DNA of 64,000 bases from NCBI GenBank assembly GCA_003344405.1, contig NOWV01000002.1, positions 558,001-622,000 of the forward strand. Direction: 5' to 3'. Position 1 is the stretch's first letter. Each line of letters begins with the position of its first letter. Below the pieces are notes generated by a model. That model did no database searches, was not told the origin of the DNA, and worked only from the letters and a program-made list of their open reading frames with translations. Shown here piece after piece: positions 1 through 12,270 of the stretch. This DNA comes from Trichoplax sp. H2. Lineage: Eukaryota. Both the position numbers and the translations under genes were made by a program.

Positions 1-485
1 GCGATCTTGAAACTCCAAATCACTGTTTTCACCCTTTTGTTGATACCGTCTATCCAGGAAGTTCTACTTTTATGCTTGTATGGCTCTATCAGGCTTGCTC
101 AATATCTAAATTTTCGCAATATTCTCCTGATTACAGCGATCTTGAAACTCCAAATCACTGTTTTCACCCTTTTGTTGATACCGTCTATCCAGCAAGTTCT
201 ACTTTTATGCTTGTATGGCTCTATCAGGCTTGCTCAATATCTAAATTTTCGCAATATTCTCCTGATTACAGCGATCTTGAAACTCCAAATCACTGTTTTC
301 ACCCTTTTGTAGATACCGTCTATCCAGGAAGTTCTACTTTTATGCTTGTATGGCTCTATCAGGCTTGCTCAATATCTAAATTTTCGCAATATTCTCCTGA
401 TTACAGCGATCTTGAAACTCCAAATCACTGTTTCCACCCTTTTGTTGATTGCGTCTATCCAGCAAGTTCTACTTTTATGCTTGTA
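1..485. repeat. 135-bp tandem repeat (satellite/minisatellite), about 3.6 copies visible, probably continuing left of the window
   Basis: The unit start GCGATCTTGAAACTCCAAATCAC recurs at 1, 136, 271 and 406, and the copies are nearly identical. Confidence 0.97.
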
Positions 486-3286
486 CTGTACTTTTATACA
501 GTATAGTACAGTCCATTTAGTGATTGGTTGCTGTTGACAGTACAGTACTGCACAGGATGGTACTTTGTACTATATCGTTCATCCTCATAACAGGGACTAC
601 TGGAAAGAGGAGGAGTGTCAGAGTGTAGTTGAAATAACCAGCCAAAAAAATGGTCGGCCTCCATATTGCTTACGAAAGTTCATGATAATTATTGTTATAA
701 TAACTCGCCAAGAAAGCCGTCCTCTCCCTCTGGATCACCTTGTTTGCTAGCTTTTGCCGAGGGCTGATTGCACCCTGGGGTAGTAGTCAGGGACATCCAG
801 ATGCTAAATTGCTAAGTTGGTTTTGTGCAATATAATATACGGTTTCATGGATACCGTAGAGTAGAAGGAGTAGAAAAATGAAATGATCAAACTCCGTATT
901 ATTTTGCAATGGTGACGGTTTGACGTCCCTCTTGCTTTGCCTTTTTTATACAGTATAGACGTTTTCGAAATCCAACCTTCTTTTTCTGTAACAAACGAGC
1001 GCTTCTGTGCAAATGTCCCTGCGGACAGACATTCCAGCTTTATGGATGAGATTGAATTGCAAACTTTACACTCCAGTTTAGGCGTTATGACTGTTTACAG
1101 TAAGTTGAATTTCCTTGCAGAAATGATTAAACTGTACATTTAAATGAAGGTAAATTTGATTAGTTTTGATAGATTCCTAACCCACCCTCTCTCATAAACT
1201 CCCAGCTTTTATACCCTCGACGGCGGATTATACCGTAGGGTATCTGCAAAACCGAGCAACACTTGCAAATCCTAACCGTACAGGTCCTTGTCCTAACATC
1301 GCTATTTTATGTCATAGGTCTTGCACTAATCTTAGCACTTTCGAAATGGCAGTAGAGTACAGTACAAGCTGTAGTTGTGGTGAAACTACGCCATCATAAA
1401 CTCTATCTGTTATATCGATACCAAAGCATGACCATGGAGAAGAATCGAACAGGTTTACTAAAAACTACCTGGTAGTCACACAAGACACAAGTCATAAACT
1501 CACAATACTATACAGTTACTGTACGAAAAATTTCTCATTCGCAAAGTACATTGCAGTAATAGTTTATTTATTTAAGAAAATTTATGACATATCACCGCAC
1601 AGTGGGACGGTATAGTCAGATCAGTATTAAAGTTGAGTGGAAAGGTCAGAGAAATTAGCTTGCTGTAAATGAATGCAGCAGTTGCTTTCAAAAATTGACA
1701 GCCATAACGATGATCTCACCTTTCATTTTAGTCAATTTTACGGTATCTTGCTCGCTAAAGAACGGAACAATTGTATAATGCATCATTCATATTATAGTAC
1801 TCATATATAAGAAGACGGCCAAAACGCGTATAACAGGTTAACGTGATGGCTGTCAATAAATTTGATTAGGCTGTTGTTACTGGTAAAAATACCTTTCGGT
1901 AGTGAAAGACAGCTTGGCCAAGATTGTGTAGTTCCAATCCTAAAGTACACGTACATGTATTCTGCAATTCCATAGATATCAATGCCACAATTACTGCCAT
2001 TAAACAATATCGCCGAACAAGTTGTTCGTGCGCTATCGCAAAATGCCTTAAACGCTGTAATAAACAAATCCCTAACGTGATAACAATTTTACGATTAATC
2101 AAATCTTGAATAAAGTATTTGCATTAGATAAGTACTTCAGTACTAGTACTAAGGCTAAACACGATATTCCATTTCTAAATGATGATGTAAATACACTTAA
2201 ATACACGCGTAAACGTATCCTGAACCTCTGTCAAAGGAGGAATCGATTCTATACTATAATATAGTAGCACAATCTGCAGTAGTGTTCATTAAAATAACCA
2301 TGAGAATAATATTGCATTTATTATTTTTTTTGCCCTGTACAATACTGTACAGCATAGTAGACAGTAGTATTCTGTATCCCCACTTCTGCTCTAATAACGC
2401 TATTCAGCATGCCTTCCGAATATTATACTGTTTGGCAATACTGTAGCACTGTATATGCTATTATGAATGAATATATGGTTTGGTTTACTGTTATTGCGTG
2501 CGTGAAAATTCTAAAGTAGAGACTAGAGTAATCTTGAACACTCCTTTAGCATTTTTTGTAACTAGTGTACTGTTATTACGTTTTGGCATCATTTCAGCTA
2601 TCGAGGAGTGCTAGCAGGCAGTTGCAATCATGAACTTTTGGCTTTTCCTTGTTGATCAAACATCCTCTAGTTCTGGAAGGGAAATCATATTGTGAAGCGG
2701 CAGACAACTATATCTATACCTGTAAATACTATAGACAGAGAATGACAAATATTAAAAATAATTGATATCATATTGAATGACGACCATTTTTTTACCACTT
2801 TTTAAATTCCTACATGATGTTATCAATTATGATTGCTTTATCACTAGTACTAGTTGGATGACTAAAGCGATTGCGTAATGCGTACATGGCACATTTTTGA
2901 TATAATCAAAGTATTTCTACTATCAGCTGGATGATTTATGAATGATAAGCTGGAGTGTATGAATAACTAGCAGAACTGTTTACATTGCCAAAGCTTCGTG
3001 ATTGAGGAATGAAAGGTTCTAAATTTCTAGTAATCCGTGGCAATACCATACGATATGTTGGTAGGCTATACGTGTACTACAATACTGTATGTAGAAGAAT
3101 ACCTGTTTAAATATCTAATTTTTCGCTTGATTAAAAGTTTATGCTACTGTAATTATAATATATTCTTTCCAATTGAGTTCATTTATTTAGCCAAATATCA
3201 TCTCTTGTACTGATATCGTAAGTTTTGCTCTATAAGCACGATTTGTGTACATATGTAATTGTTGGTACGATAGCTAAATAACCGTA

Positions 3287-5157
3287 ATGAATGAAAAGGT
3301 AAAATTGAAATCATGCGATTATGACTATGAAGCTAATGGCTCACCCAAGAAGAAAAGTAATTTTGAAATCATTAGCATAACAAATAATTACTGCCAGAGC
3401 CGGCGACAAAGTTTACTCGATGATGACACTGATGAGATAGATGGTGGATTTCGAGGGAAAGGAAACATTCAATTCTCAAAGTCATTGATCAAGCGTCAAT
3501 CAGTTAACAACTGTAATAACATTCAAGAAGAGGCAAGTAATGACAAAGTAAGCAATCACAGGACAGAAAGTACTTGTAGCCTGGCCGTTTCCAAAAATAC
3601 TCATAATAGTGCAGTAATCTCAGATGTGGCAGACAGTGCCACTTCTACATCTCGCTTCAGGATAGCTAGACAGTATAATCTATCTGAAAGGGGACGATGG
3701 ACTTGTCGAGATTATATTTCAAACGAGATCAAGACGGGTAAAAAATTACATAATGATCGGTTAATGAATGCTAAAGAGGAATGTAATTATAAAACAATTC
3801 AAAACACTAACAATGGCAATTCTAGTCTGTATCATTCAGATGATCTATCACTAGAATCGAGACGTACACTACCTGAAAATACAACAGTAAATCTATCTAA
3901 GAACGTGCCATCATTAGTCCCCAAAACTAATAGCACATTAGATCGAGCATTAACTACTGCCAGTACAAATATTGCCAATGCATCTATAAATAACAATGAT
4001 CCACTTGCCAACCAGTCTAGCCCTAAGGAATCCGTTAACTATTTTAAAACAAATATCATCAAACATGGCCAGCTAAATTTAGGAAGAAGAAGTGAACAAC
4101 CTGGAATGTTTAGACCAATTCAAGACAAGAATGGGCTATCTCCAACGAATATTGACATTATGCACTATCAACAATATGATCTAGGATCGCCTAATGACTT
4201 TCCTAGGACTATAAATTCGCCTCTTGAAGAAAGCCTAATATTTAGAAACAGGTTTGTTAAGCAATTGTAAAAACACTGACAATGGATATTATTAAAATTA
4301 GTTGTAATATCATAAGCACCATAAACACGTAGATTGAAGTGGATGTATTATGCTCATTTTGATTTAAAAGATATTTACAGACCTAAATTGTTTTATGCGC
4401 GTTTAGTCCACAAACTGTGCATCAAGACTGCGTTAGAGAAAGGGCATCTGTAAGTTGCAATGTTATGTTATATTTGCTTATTGTATATATCTCAGATTTT
4501 AAAACGTTAGATAAGAATGCGTTTAGCTCGTATAATTAATATGATACGGTATACTTGTATAGTCACTTCATGAGAAATTTTTAAAAGTAAAGCGAACATA
4601 ATTCACTGATCTACTCGTACTGTCTTAACTAGAATAGAATAATAAATACTATAAAATTTTTATGTTCTATCTACTATCGTCCGCGATATTTTGTTGCAAT
4701 ATAAAAGTTAATAATTTCTTGCCATGTTAAGAAATGTTAATTCATGTACCGAGCAATCAGTCATTACAGTACGCGTATGTTGTATGAATTAATCAATACT
4801 GAAATGGCTAATTACAATATTCCTTCTTTCTTGCATTTTCTTGTCATTGAAAACGGATAAAAATAGACTAATTATCAATACCGTCAATATCAATATCGCA
4901 GTCCTCAGCACTTTTCGCCTCATCATCATCATCAATATCAAATAAGTAATCATGACCACTACCATACGATTGCCGGCATTGTTGAGGAACAATTACATCG
5001 AGTTATTACGCCACTTTATGAAGCTATCGATTACCAAGTTCAGGAAATTATGAAATTAAAGGATGAAGTTAAACTTTCACGTACGGACCACTTGGTGGCT
5101 AGTGAGATTGCCTTATTAAGAGCGGAAATCGATTCCTTAACGAAAGCGTTACGATGA
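3287..5157 (+). CDS. TSC22 domain family / Bunched-like protein, paralog A (exons about 3287-4251, 4407-4449, 4867-5157)
   Basis: Carries motif 1 KKKSNFEIISI and motif 2 SRFRIARQ...ERGRWTCRDY, which match the long-isoform TSC22D/BunA motifs. GT-AG introns of phase 2 and 0 join to a His-rich last exon ending ...EAIDYQVQEIMKL...EIALLRAEIDSLTKALR*. Confidence 0.8.
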
Positions 5158-6453
5158 TTAATCGTACTTACAGTGCTTTTTGGAAGGAATTATGTATGCT
5201 AATCAGTGGTTGCTATAGCTGCAATTATATACCTGCGTAAGTATTTACAGTATATTTAATACGCGCATATGGTAGTATATACGCTTGGTTCAAGCTTTCA
5301 TCTATGTACAGTATAAGCGATACGTTTTACTTACACACTCAATTGTACAGAAGGAAAGCAATCAAAAATTATTGCTTCTCTAAACTCCAATCTAAATCAT
5401 ATGATAGATAATAAAGAATTCGTGTATAGCCGTGTCTTGCTAAAGTACAGCGCTACTAAAAATTATTTAGTAACGCGTTATGTTAGTTAACCTATCGGTA
5501 TAATATTCTACAATTTAGGTAACTTTATAACTGTAATAACCTCTAATATCGCAATATATAATTATTCCAAAGTATATGCTATCATATCTAAGATTTAGGT
5601 AACTTTTATAAAACAGGCAAAAGCTTAAAATTTTGATGAATACAGGATGCAGTACTATAACATCGTTGCTAAATAAATTGCTCGGTATGACTGTTAGCTT
5701 GTAAAGATGCTATCATTAAATAATTTAAATTATTGCAAAGACTATCTTGAATAAAATACCGAATACCTATCATATCTACTTAGGCTCTTAAAAAATTCAG
5801 ACTAATATAGTTGAGGGCATAGATTACTAACACTTCGGTATTATACAATCGGCAATTACTTTTATTATCCGGTATCATTTCCTCATAACATTATTACTAA
5901 AATGTACAAGACCATCTCTTATATATTACATATATTTATAATATGAAAAAAAATATAATTTTTGATAGTGTAAGAGTGCGATCGTTATGAAAGTATCCTA
6001 TATTATTCAGCATGTTTCGATTAATATGTGTATATCGTGATTCGGACCGGAATTATGCAATTACTAAAAGTGATTTCATAATATACAGTAACAGTATAAA
6101 TAACACTTACTTTTACTATGAACATTAGCTTTATACAGTATCATAATTAAATGGTACGAATAAACGCCCATACAGCCTCTGTCAATTAGCAAATTTGCAT
6201 CTAATTCCCAGATTAATTGTAATTATTTGAAATTTAGCTCATAGCTATAGTGCGGTAATATGATGCCAGAAACTTGTAAAGTACATACTCCAATTTATAC
6301 CATAAAATATAGAGCGCACACATGCAACGAGATAATAGAATTTTAAGCGTTGCATTAATTGCTCAGATATTAATTTACACTTGAATCAGCAACTAAAGCA
6401 ATAAAAACTATGTTAGAGTACATGTGCTATTTTGATTTTAATAATGGCTACTT

Positions 6454-8491
6454 CTATTTTGGAACGGATTGTTGAAGGATTGCTTTTAATCGTTCTATTT
6501 CTTGCTTTAGATGAGCATTTTCTTCCATTAATAGGTGTAATTGAGCATTTTCCTCCTTTAATCGATGTAATTGAGTATTTTCCTCCTTTAATCGATATAA
6601 TTGAGCATTTTCCTCCTTTAATCCATGTAATTGAGCATTTTCCTCCTCTAATCGATGTAATTGAGCATTTTCCTCCTCTAATTTAGCATTTGAATGAATT
6701 AAATGGCTACAATGTCGATGCACCTCTCGCCTTAGCATATCAGTAATGCCATCCTAATATACAATAGATACAAATATGTGAATACTACAAACCAGAGTGA
6801 TTGCCTTATAAAACAGAGTATAATTTCATCGGTACGATAATCGAATATGCATTTACCATGAATCTGTTAGTCATTTCATTGCATTCGTTATGCTGGAAGC
6901 TAAATCAAAAATGAAAGGAATACATTATTAGCAACGGAGAACTATATCAGCGGGGTTATAAGAAATTCTGTATCACTATAGATGAGTAGTTTACACGATA
7001 TTTAACGTAATGTTTAATGAGCATATTGGAAATATCATATGATCAATCCACTGATTTATGGCTGTGTCAGTTTTTAACGGTGTTTTAATATACTAAAATC
7101 AGAGATCGATGATAGCGTAATCAGACAACCTTACTGATCACTATGAATGCTATCTTCGATGTACTGTACAATAATTTTTAATTAAGCAACCTGTGTTGAG
7201 GGCCAAGAATAGCGCTGTTGGCAACACCAGTTGAAAATTGATTGTCCTGAATAGATTGTGTGGGATTACTCAGATTACCAACGGGAAAATTGTTCTCCTG
7301 TAAAGGTGGCGGTAAATAATTTCCTGTAATATTACTAGTTGGAGCATTATTAATAGGGGCACCATTCTCGGTTAAAATAGGAGTATAATTGCTGTCAACA
7401 GCTTGAGACATGTTTGGGTAGCCAAAATTCTCTGTCGAAGTAGTGTTGGTAGTAGCATTACTCTCTGTAGGCGATATCTGATTAAGCACCATATCATTTA
7501 ATTCTTCTTCTTGAATACCTTCTATTCCAATATTGGTCATTACATCACTACCGCTGTTAGAAATTCCTGATGCTTGAGAAACGGTATTATTGACATTTGT
7601 AACATCGTTATTAACATACACACTGACATCTTCATTGCTTTCAACGATATTATTTGTATCGTTAGGTATATTTGCATTCCCAATGACAGTAAGTATTTCA
7701 TTTTCTTGAACGATAGGCTGTTGTTGAGATTCGTTTTGTGGTAATTGATCTAATTGTTGCATTGTTGGTTGTGAATGTTGAGCTTGCACCTGTACTGATG
7801 ATCCAACCTCATTCAGTTCGCGTAATGTCTGATCAGTGTACTGAAGCGCATTTTGTTGCATTGTATCGTTAGGTACAATTAAATCAGCATCAGGTATACT
7901 AGGATTAACAGGCTGCTGCTGTATATCGTCAGTATTATTAATGTTTTGTGACGGCTGGGGGACCACAGGAGACGGTAATGTTATTGAAGGTTGTTGTGGC
8001 TGCCGCTGTTGAGATGGTTGCTGTTGATGCTTATTGTTGCTTTCATCCAAATTATTGATGCCATCATCCACGGTAGTGTCACTGCCAGCATCTGATTTAA
8101 TAATTTCCTGTCTTCTTTCTAGATAATCACGACAATTCCAGCGCCCGCGCTTGAAAGTCTTATTCCTAACATCAATAATTACACGAAAGCGAGAAGTCGG
8201 AGGAGCATTGTGGCCATTTGTTGTTGCCTCGACTTTCTCTTGTTGTTCTTCAATAGGCAATAAAGCATTATCGTTTATAGTTAATGTACTATCGTTATTA
8301 TCGTATACTTCACTATCTTCCAACTCATCGTCAACTACACTAATATTGACAATTTCACTTTTGGTAGATCTGATGCTGGTAATTTCAAAATTGCTTTTTT
8401 TCTTTTGTAAAATACTTGATTGAAGATTAATGGGTTTCTGATCAGGAGCGACTACAGCTATGGTAGATTCTTTTAAATCGCCCTCGGCCAT
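6454..8491 (-). CDS. TSC22 domain family / Bunched-like protein, paralog B (exons about 8491-7191, 6899-6857, 6753-6454)
   Basis: Carries KKKSNFEITSI and SRFRVII...FKRGRWNCRDY motifs and a long Q/N/P-rich disordered region. The C-terminal LRREVH...SNAKLEEENAQL resembles the TSC22 zipper (VREEVE...NSQLEQENNLL). Canonical splice sites preserve the frame. Confidence 0.85.
6511..6682. repeat. Coding 30-bp minisatellite (about 6 copies) encoding LKEENAQLHR-type 10-aa repeats in paralog B
   Basis: TTGAGCATTTTCCTCCTTTAATCGATGTAA-like units at 6511, 6541, 6571, 6601, 6631 and 6661 (partial). Confidence 0.95.
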
Positions 8492-9914
8492 GATGAAAGA
8501 TAAACTTTCCACACTACTTGTAAAACACTTAACGATCTATCTTTCTTTTAAGGAACAAACGTGTAAATATTAATGGTTCGCTGTCTTATACCAAAGTTTG
8601 ATTAGTCAAGGCTTGCAAACTTAGCTATATTGTACGTAGGGATTGCTAAGTATACTAAGAAGTACAATCTTGTGGGGGGGATTTCAGTATTTGAACAATA
8701 TTATCTGATAACGAAGGGTTCTTTTCTTTTCGATTATGACAATGAATTGTTTTTTAGACTTAATCCGTAAATGTGTTCGTATCTATCCAATTAGGTTTTT
8801 AAAATTTCCTGTCCTTTAAAGTTTTGCAACTTGGATGACGACCAGAAGTTATGAAAAATGACATTAAAAAAATAATCTCCTGTGAAGTACCGTTTTAATT
8901 TCTTTTTGATTTGAAATTTTTCTATCCCTCCTTCTGGTCAGTGAAGTCGGAGGAAACACGATAGCAGTCTATCGCGTTGATAACAAAGTTGAATTGAATT
9001 TGTCTGTAGATACTATGATAAAATGCAGTCTTGTATGTGCAATCTGCTTTTTCTTGATGCGCACAGTTTGAGACCGCAGAAGATCTTAATAATATTAATT
9101 AACTATCAACCACAAAGTAGGAAAATGGTGCTAGATAGCAAAATAAACCTATACTAGGCCTACTGTGATAACAATACTACGTGGTCGAATAGTGAATGAG
9201 TAACACCCTGTTTTTAAAATAAAAAATAAAAAGCAATGAAACCTTGTACTGAGTATAGTTATGACTGAAGTCGTTTGGATTTCAAGACAACAGTAATCCA
9301 AGTTCAAAGTAGAACTTACTATCGCAGCAGTAAAAATAAGTAAGATTATGACAGTGATAGAGCTTTTCTGCGATACCAAAGAATGATCACCAGTCCAATG
9401 TCGGTCTATACTCTCGATACATAAAGTGCCTTAACATTTCAACATGGCCAATACAAAGTAGTCTTGAGCTATCCACTCCTCACAACTGGGGAGTGCCTTG
9501 ATGTTGTGGCAGCTTGGTTTTAAGACGTTGAATAACCATATCGTCGATTTATTTTTTCGCCTTTCAACAACAGAATTTGGTTTATGAGGCTATATCAAAG
9601 TAATTTTCTTAGGATAAGCCAATCTGTTTATCGTAAATTTGATTTACTTTTACTTTGGTGTCGTGCAGTCAGTCACTGCCTTTCGACACTACTTTCTTCC
9701 TATTGACCTGTGTAGAGGCTTCAGTCTGCTTCACGATACAGTCAGTCACAGTATTGAAGTTTGGTAAAAGCGAACGGTCACACACGGCTGACGGGGGGGG
9801 GAACACGATCTGTGCTACTGTGCTAGTAGAGTAGAGTATGAGAAACGAAGTGCTTAGTGCGATACCAGGGAATTCTCTGATCTAGACGCTATATTGTCCA
9901 TTTGCTTGCATAGC

Positions 9915-10780
9915 ACAGTACAGTATACTGTACAGCGGCCACACTGATTACACCTAGCACTTCAAATCCCTAACAATAAGTTTTTACAGTCAGCAACGAC
10001 AATTTGGTAATGCTATTCTTCTTTTCTTTCCGTGAGTTGTGTGCGTAATATAGGACTTAGTATTAAAAGCGTTTTTTCCTGCGTTCTTTTGATACGTTGC
10101 AGTTCTGTACAGTATACTGTACTGTGACAATGAATTCATGATACTGTACTGTACTGTACAATCAGTACTGTACAGTACAGTACCGTACAGTATATTAAAC
10201 CCTTACTTTTACTTTGTACTGTAGCCGTTCGACTACTTGAACTAATGATTATGAAGAAATTAGACGTCGTACGCCAATTTGAATGACTGAACTATGTTGG
10301 TTAACTCTCTACTGATTGATGTACTGTATAATTTATCTAGGATAAAAAAATGATTTTTGTTCCAATTTTTCGGCTCAAAATTTGGCGGCATACTGAACAC
10401 TGTACAGTACTGGGTTAGGGTAGAACTTAGCACTGTATGCTAGAAGCTTTTTTCTACCGTAGTCTGTACAGTACTGTACTATACTGCATCAATATAGAAA
10501 AGAAAAGAGAAAGAGATTGACTGAAACTCTGAAAGTGAAAAACGACCGTCCAAATGTGCACTACAGTACGGTGACCCAAAAGGCTTAGATAATACAGTGT
10601 GCCGTACGGTTCCATGTAGTCGGTCAATTTCTACAACAGCGCAAGACCACTTCAAGTCTTTCTCTTTCTACAGTACAAAAATCGTTCATCACATACTGTA
10701 CTGTACTGTAGGTGATGTATCGTAGATATCGCAGCGCGAAACTTTTTGTTTTACAAAACTAAAAATTAACACTACAGTAC
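9915..10780. repeat. Low-complexity cluster of CAGTA/TACTG pentamer motifs
   Basis: Repeated TACTGTACTGTAC, CAGTACAGTAC and ACAGTACTGT tracts, e.g. at 10105-10195, 10400-10490 and 10695-10710. Confidence 0.75.
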
Positions 10781-10907
10781 GGGGATGCTTGTATCAAATA
10801 TTGATGTTAACTCATGGATTGGACTTTTAAAAGATCCTTTTCAGGCTGCTTGGTTATAATACGCCACACTATTTGATTAAGATGGCACCGCATAGGTGAA
10901 TAATGAC

Positions 10908-11363
10908 TGGTAGATGTCAGCAGTCTACTAGCGACTACAAGAGAGTCTATTAGGTCTCTAGTGACTACTAAAGGCAGACAAAGTCCCTGATAGAAATAAT
11001 TGTTGATATGCATTGCAATTTCTACTTTGGGACAGTAAACTAGTGTCTACGAATAGTCATCTTACTGTAAAAAAAGAATTTGGAAGATTCCGGTTGATTT
11101 GATAGATACTATCTATGTAAAGTTTTTATTTGGTTGGTAGATGTCAGCAGTCAGTACTAGGGACTACAAGAGAGTCTATTAGGGTCTCTAGTGACTACTA
11201 AAGGCAGACAAAGTCCCTGATAGAAATAATTGTTGATATGCATTGCAATTTCTACTTTGGGACAGAGCAAACTACAGTGTCTACCAATAGTCGTCTTACT
11301 GTAAAAAAAGAATTGAAGATTCCGGTCCATTTGATAGATAACATCTATGTAAAGTTTTTATTT
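10908..11363. repeat. Direct tandem duplication of an approximately 227-bp segment (2 copies)
   Basis: TGGTAGATGTCAGCAGTC...ATCTATGTAAAGTTTTTATTT occurs at about 10908-11131 and 11135-11363 with a few small indels and substitutions. Confidence 0.95.
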
Positions 11364-11645
11364 ACAGTTTCGAGATCAAGCATCGATCTCGGCTTACGAT
11401 GCAGATCATAAATATCTTTAAATAAAAGACGATTTAAAGTAAAGTGTATTTATTACATTATCAATTACTATACTGTACTGAGATTTTATCTCTGACGGTC
11501 AGAATAATTCCATGTAACGCAGTATTCCATAGAGGAGCATGGAAGTAGTGTTTGTGAGATTTGCATAGAACACGATATACAGGATTATAGTAATAAATGA
11601 GAACATATGAGCAAGATTGGAATAAAGACTTTTGTTGAGAAATGT

Positions 11646-11661
11646 GGCTTTAAAAAAAGCC
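11646..11661 (-). promoter_or_regulatory. Histone mRNA 3' stem-loop (SLBP-type)
   Basis: The minus strand reads AAAC-GGCTTT-TTTT-AAAGCC-ACATT about 50 nt after the H2A stop codon. This is a 6-bp stem with a 4-nt loop, matching the metazoan consensus geometry. Confidence 0.9.
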
Positions 11662-11712
11662 GTTTGTTTTAATTCTACAGCACGCTAACTGCTTTATTCA
11701 TAAATTGGGAAA

Positions 11713-12126
11713 TTAGTATTCCTGGGATTGGCTGGAACCCTTCTTGGAGCCGGCGATTGGTACTTTGCTCTTCTTGGGCAAAAGTACAGCCTGGATGTTA
11801 GGCAATACACCACCTTGGGCGATGGTGACTCCGCTCAAGAGTTTGTTCAATTCTTCATCATTTCTGATGGCCAATTGCAAGTGACGAGGAACAATTCTCT
11901 GTTTCTTGTTGTCGCGAGCGGCATTACCTGCCAATTCCAAGATTTCAGCAGCCAAGTATTCCATTACTGCTGCAAGGTAAACTGGAGCACCAGCACCAAC
12001 ACGTTCGGCATAGTTGCCTTTTCTCAACATTCTGTGTACACGACCGACAGGGAATTGTAGACCGGCACGAGTTGATCGAGATTTGGCCTTATTGCGAGCT
12101 TTTCCTCCTTTACCACGTCCAGACAT
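11713..12126 (-). CDS. H2AX: Histone H2A.X (intronless)
   Basis: Canonical H2A sequence ([17 protein letters not shown]...LLPKK) with the diagnostic C-terminal SQEY motif. Confidence 0.98.
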   Translation of the reverse strand: MSGRGKGGKARNKAKSRSTRAGLQFPVGRVHRMLRKGNYAERVGAGAPVYLAAVMEYLAAEILELAGNAARDNKKQRIVPRHLQLAIRNDEELNKLLSGVTIAQGGVLPNIQAVLLPKKSKVPIAGSKKGSSQSQEY

Positions 12127-12204
12127 GATGATTAGTAGATGATTGCAAGAATTCGATAATTACTGTGAACAATTTCGAATACATAACCAATTTGACCAAA
12201 GATC

Positions 12205-12270
12205 ATCCAATTTATACATTAAGGTCCGGATCGAAGAGAACCAATCACAGTTGATCACTAATTGGCTCCG
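12205..12270 (-). promoter_or_regulatory. Histone-type core promoter (TATA box, upstream GATCC, CCAAT boxes)
   Basis: The minus strand reads CGATCCGGACCTTAATGTATAAATTGG, with TATAAA at 12211-12216. CCAAT occurs at 12241-12245 (+) and near 12261-12266 (-). Confidence 0.6.

Noticed and set aside
7..537. Three overlapping ORFs with 45-aa repeats
   Set aside because: They are by-products of the 135-bp (multiple of 3) tandem repeat. Several frames are open, one is broken by a stop in copy 3, and no protein family is recognisable.
1801..2109. Cluster of three short overlapping ORFs
   Set aside because: They have no recognisable homology or consistent splice structure and are probably chance ORFs upstream of paralog A.
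6432..6686. Plus-strand ORF with IEHFPPLIDV repeats
   Set aside because: It is the antisense shadow of the coding 30-bp repeat in TSC22-like paralog B.
11728..12060. 110-aa plus-strand ORF
   Set aside because: It is antisense to H2A.X and has no independent support.
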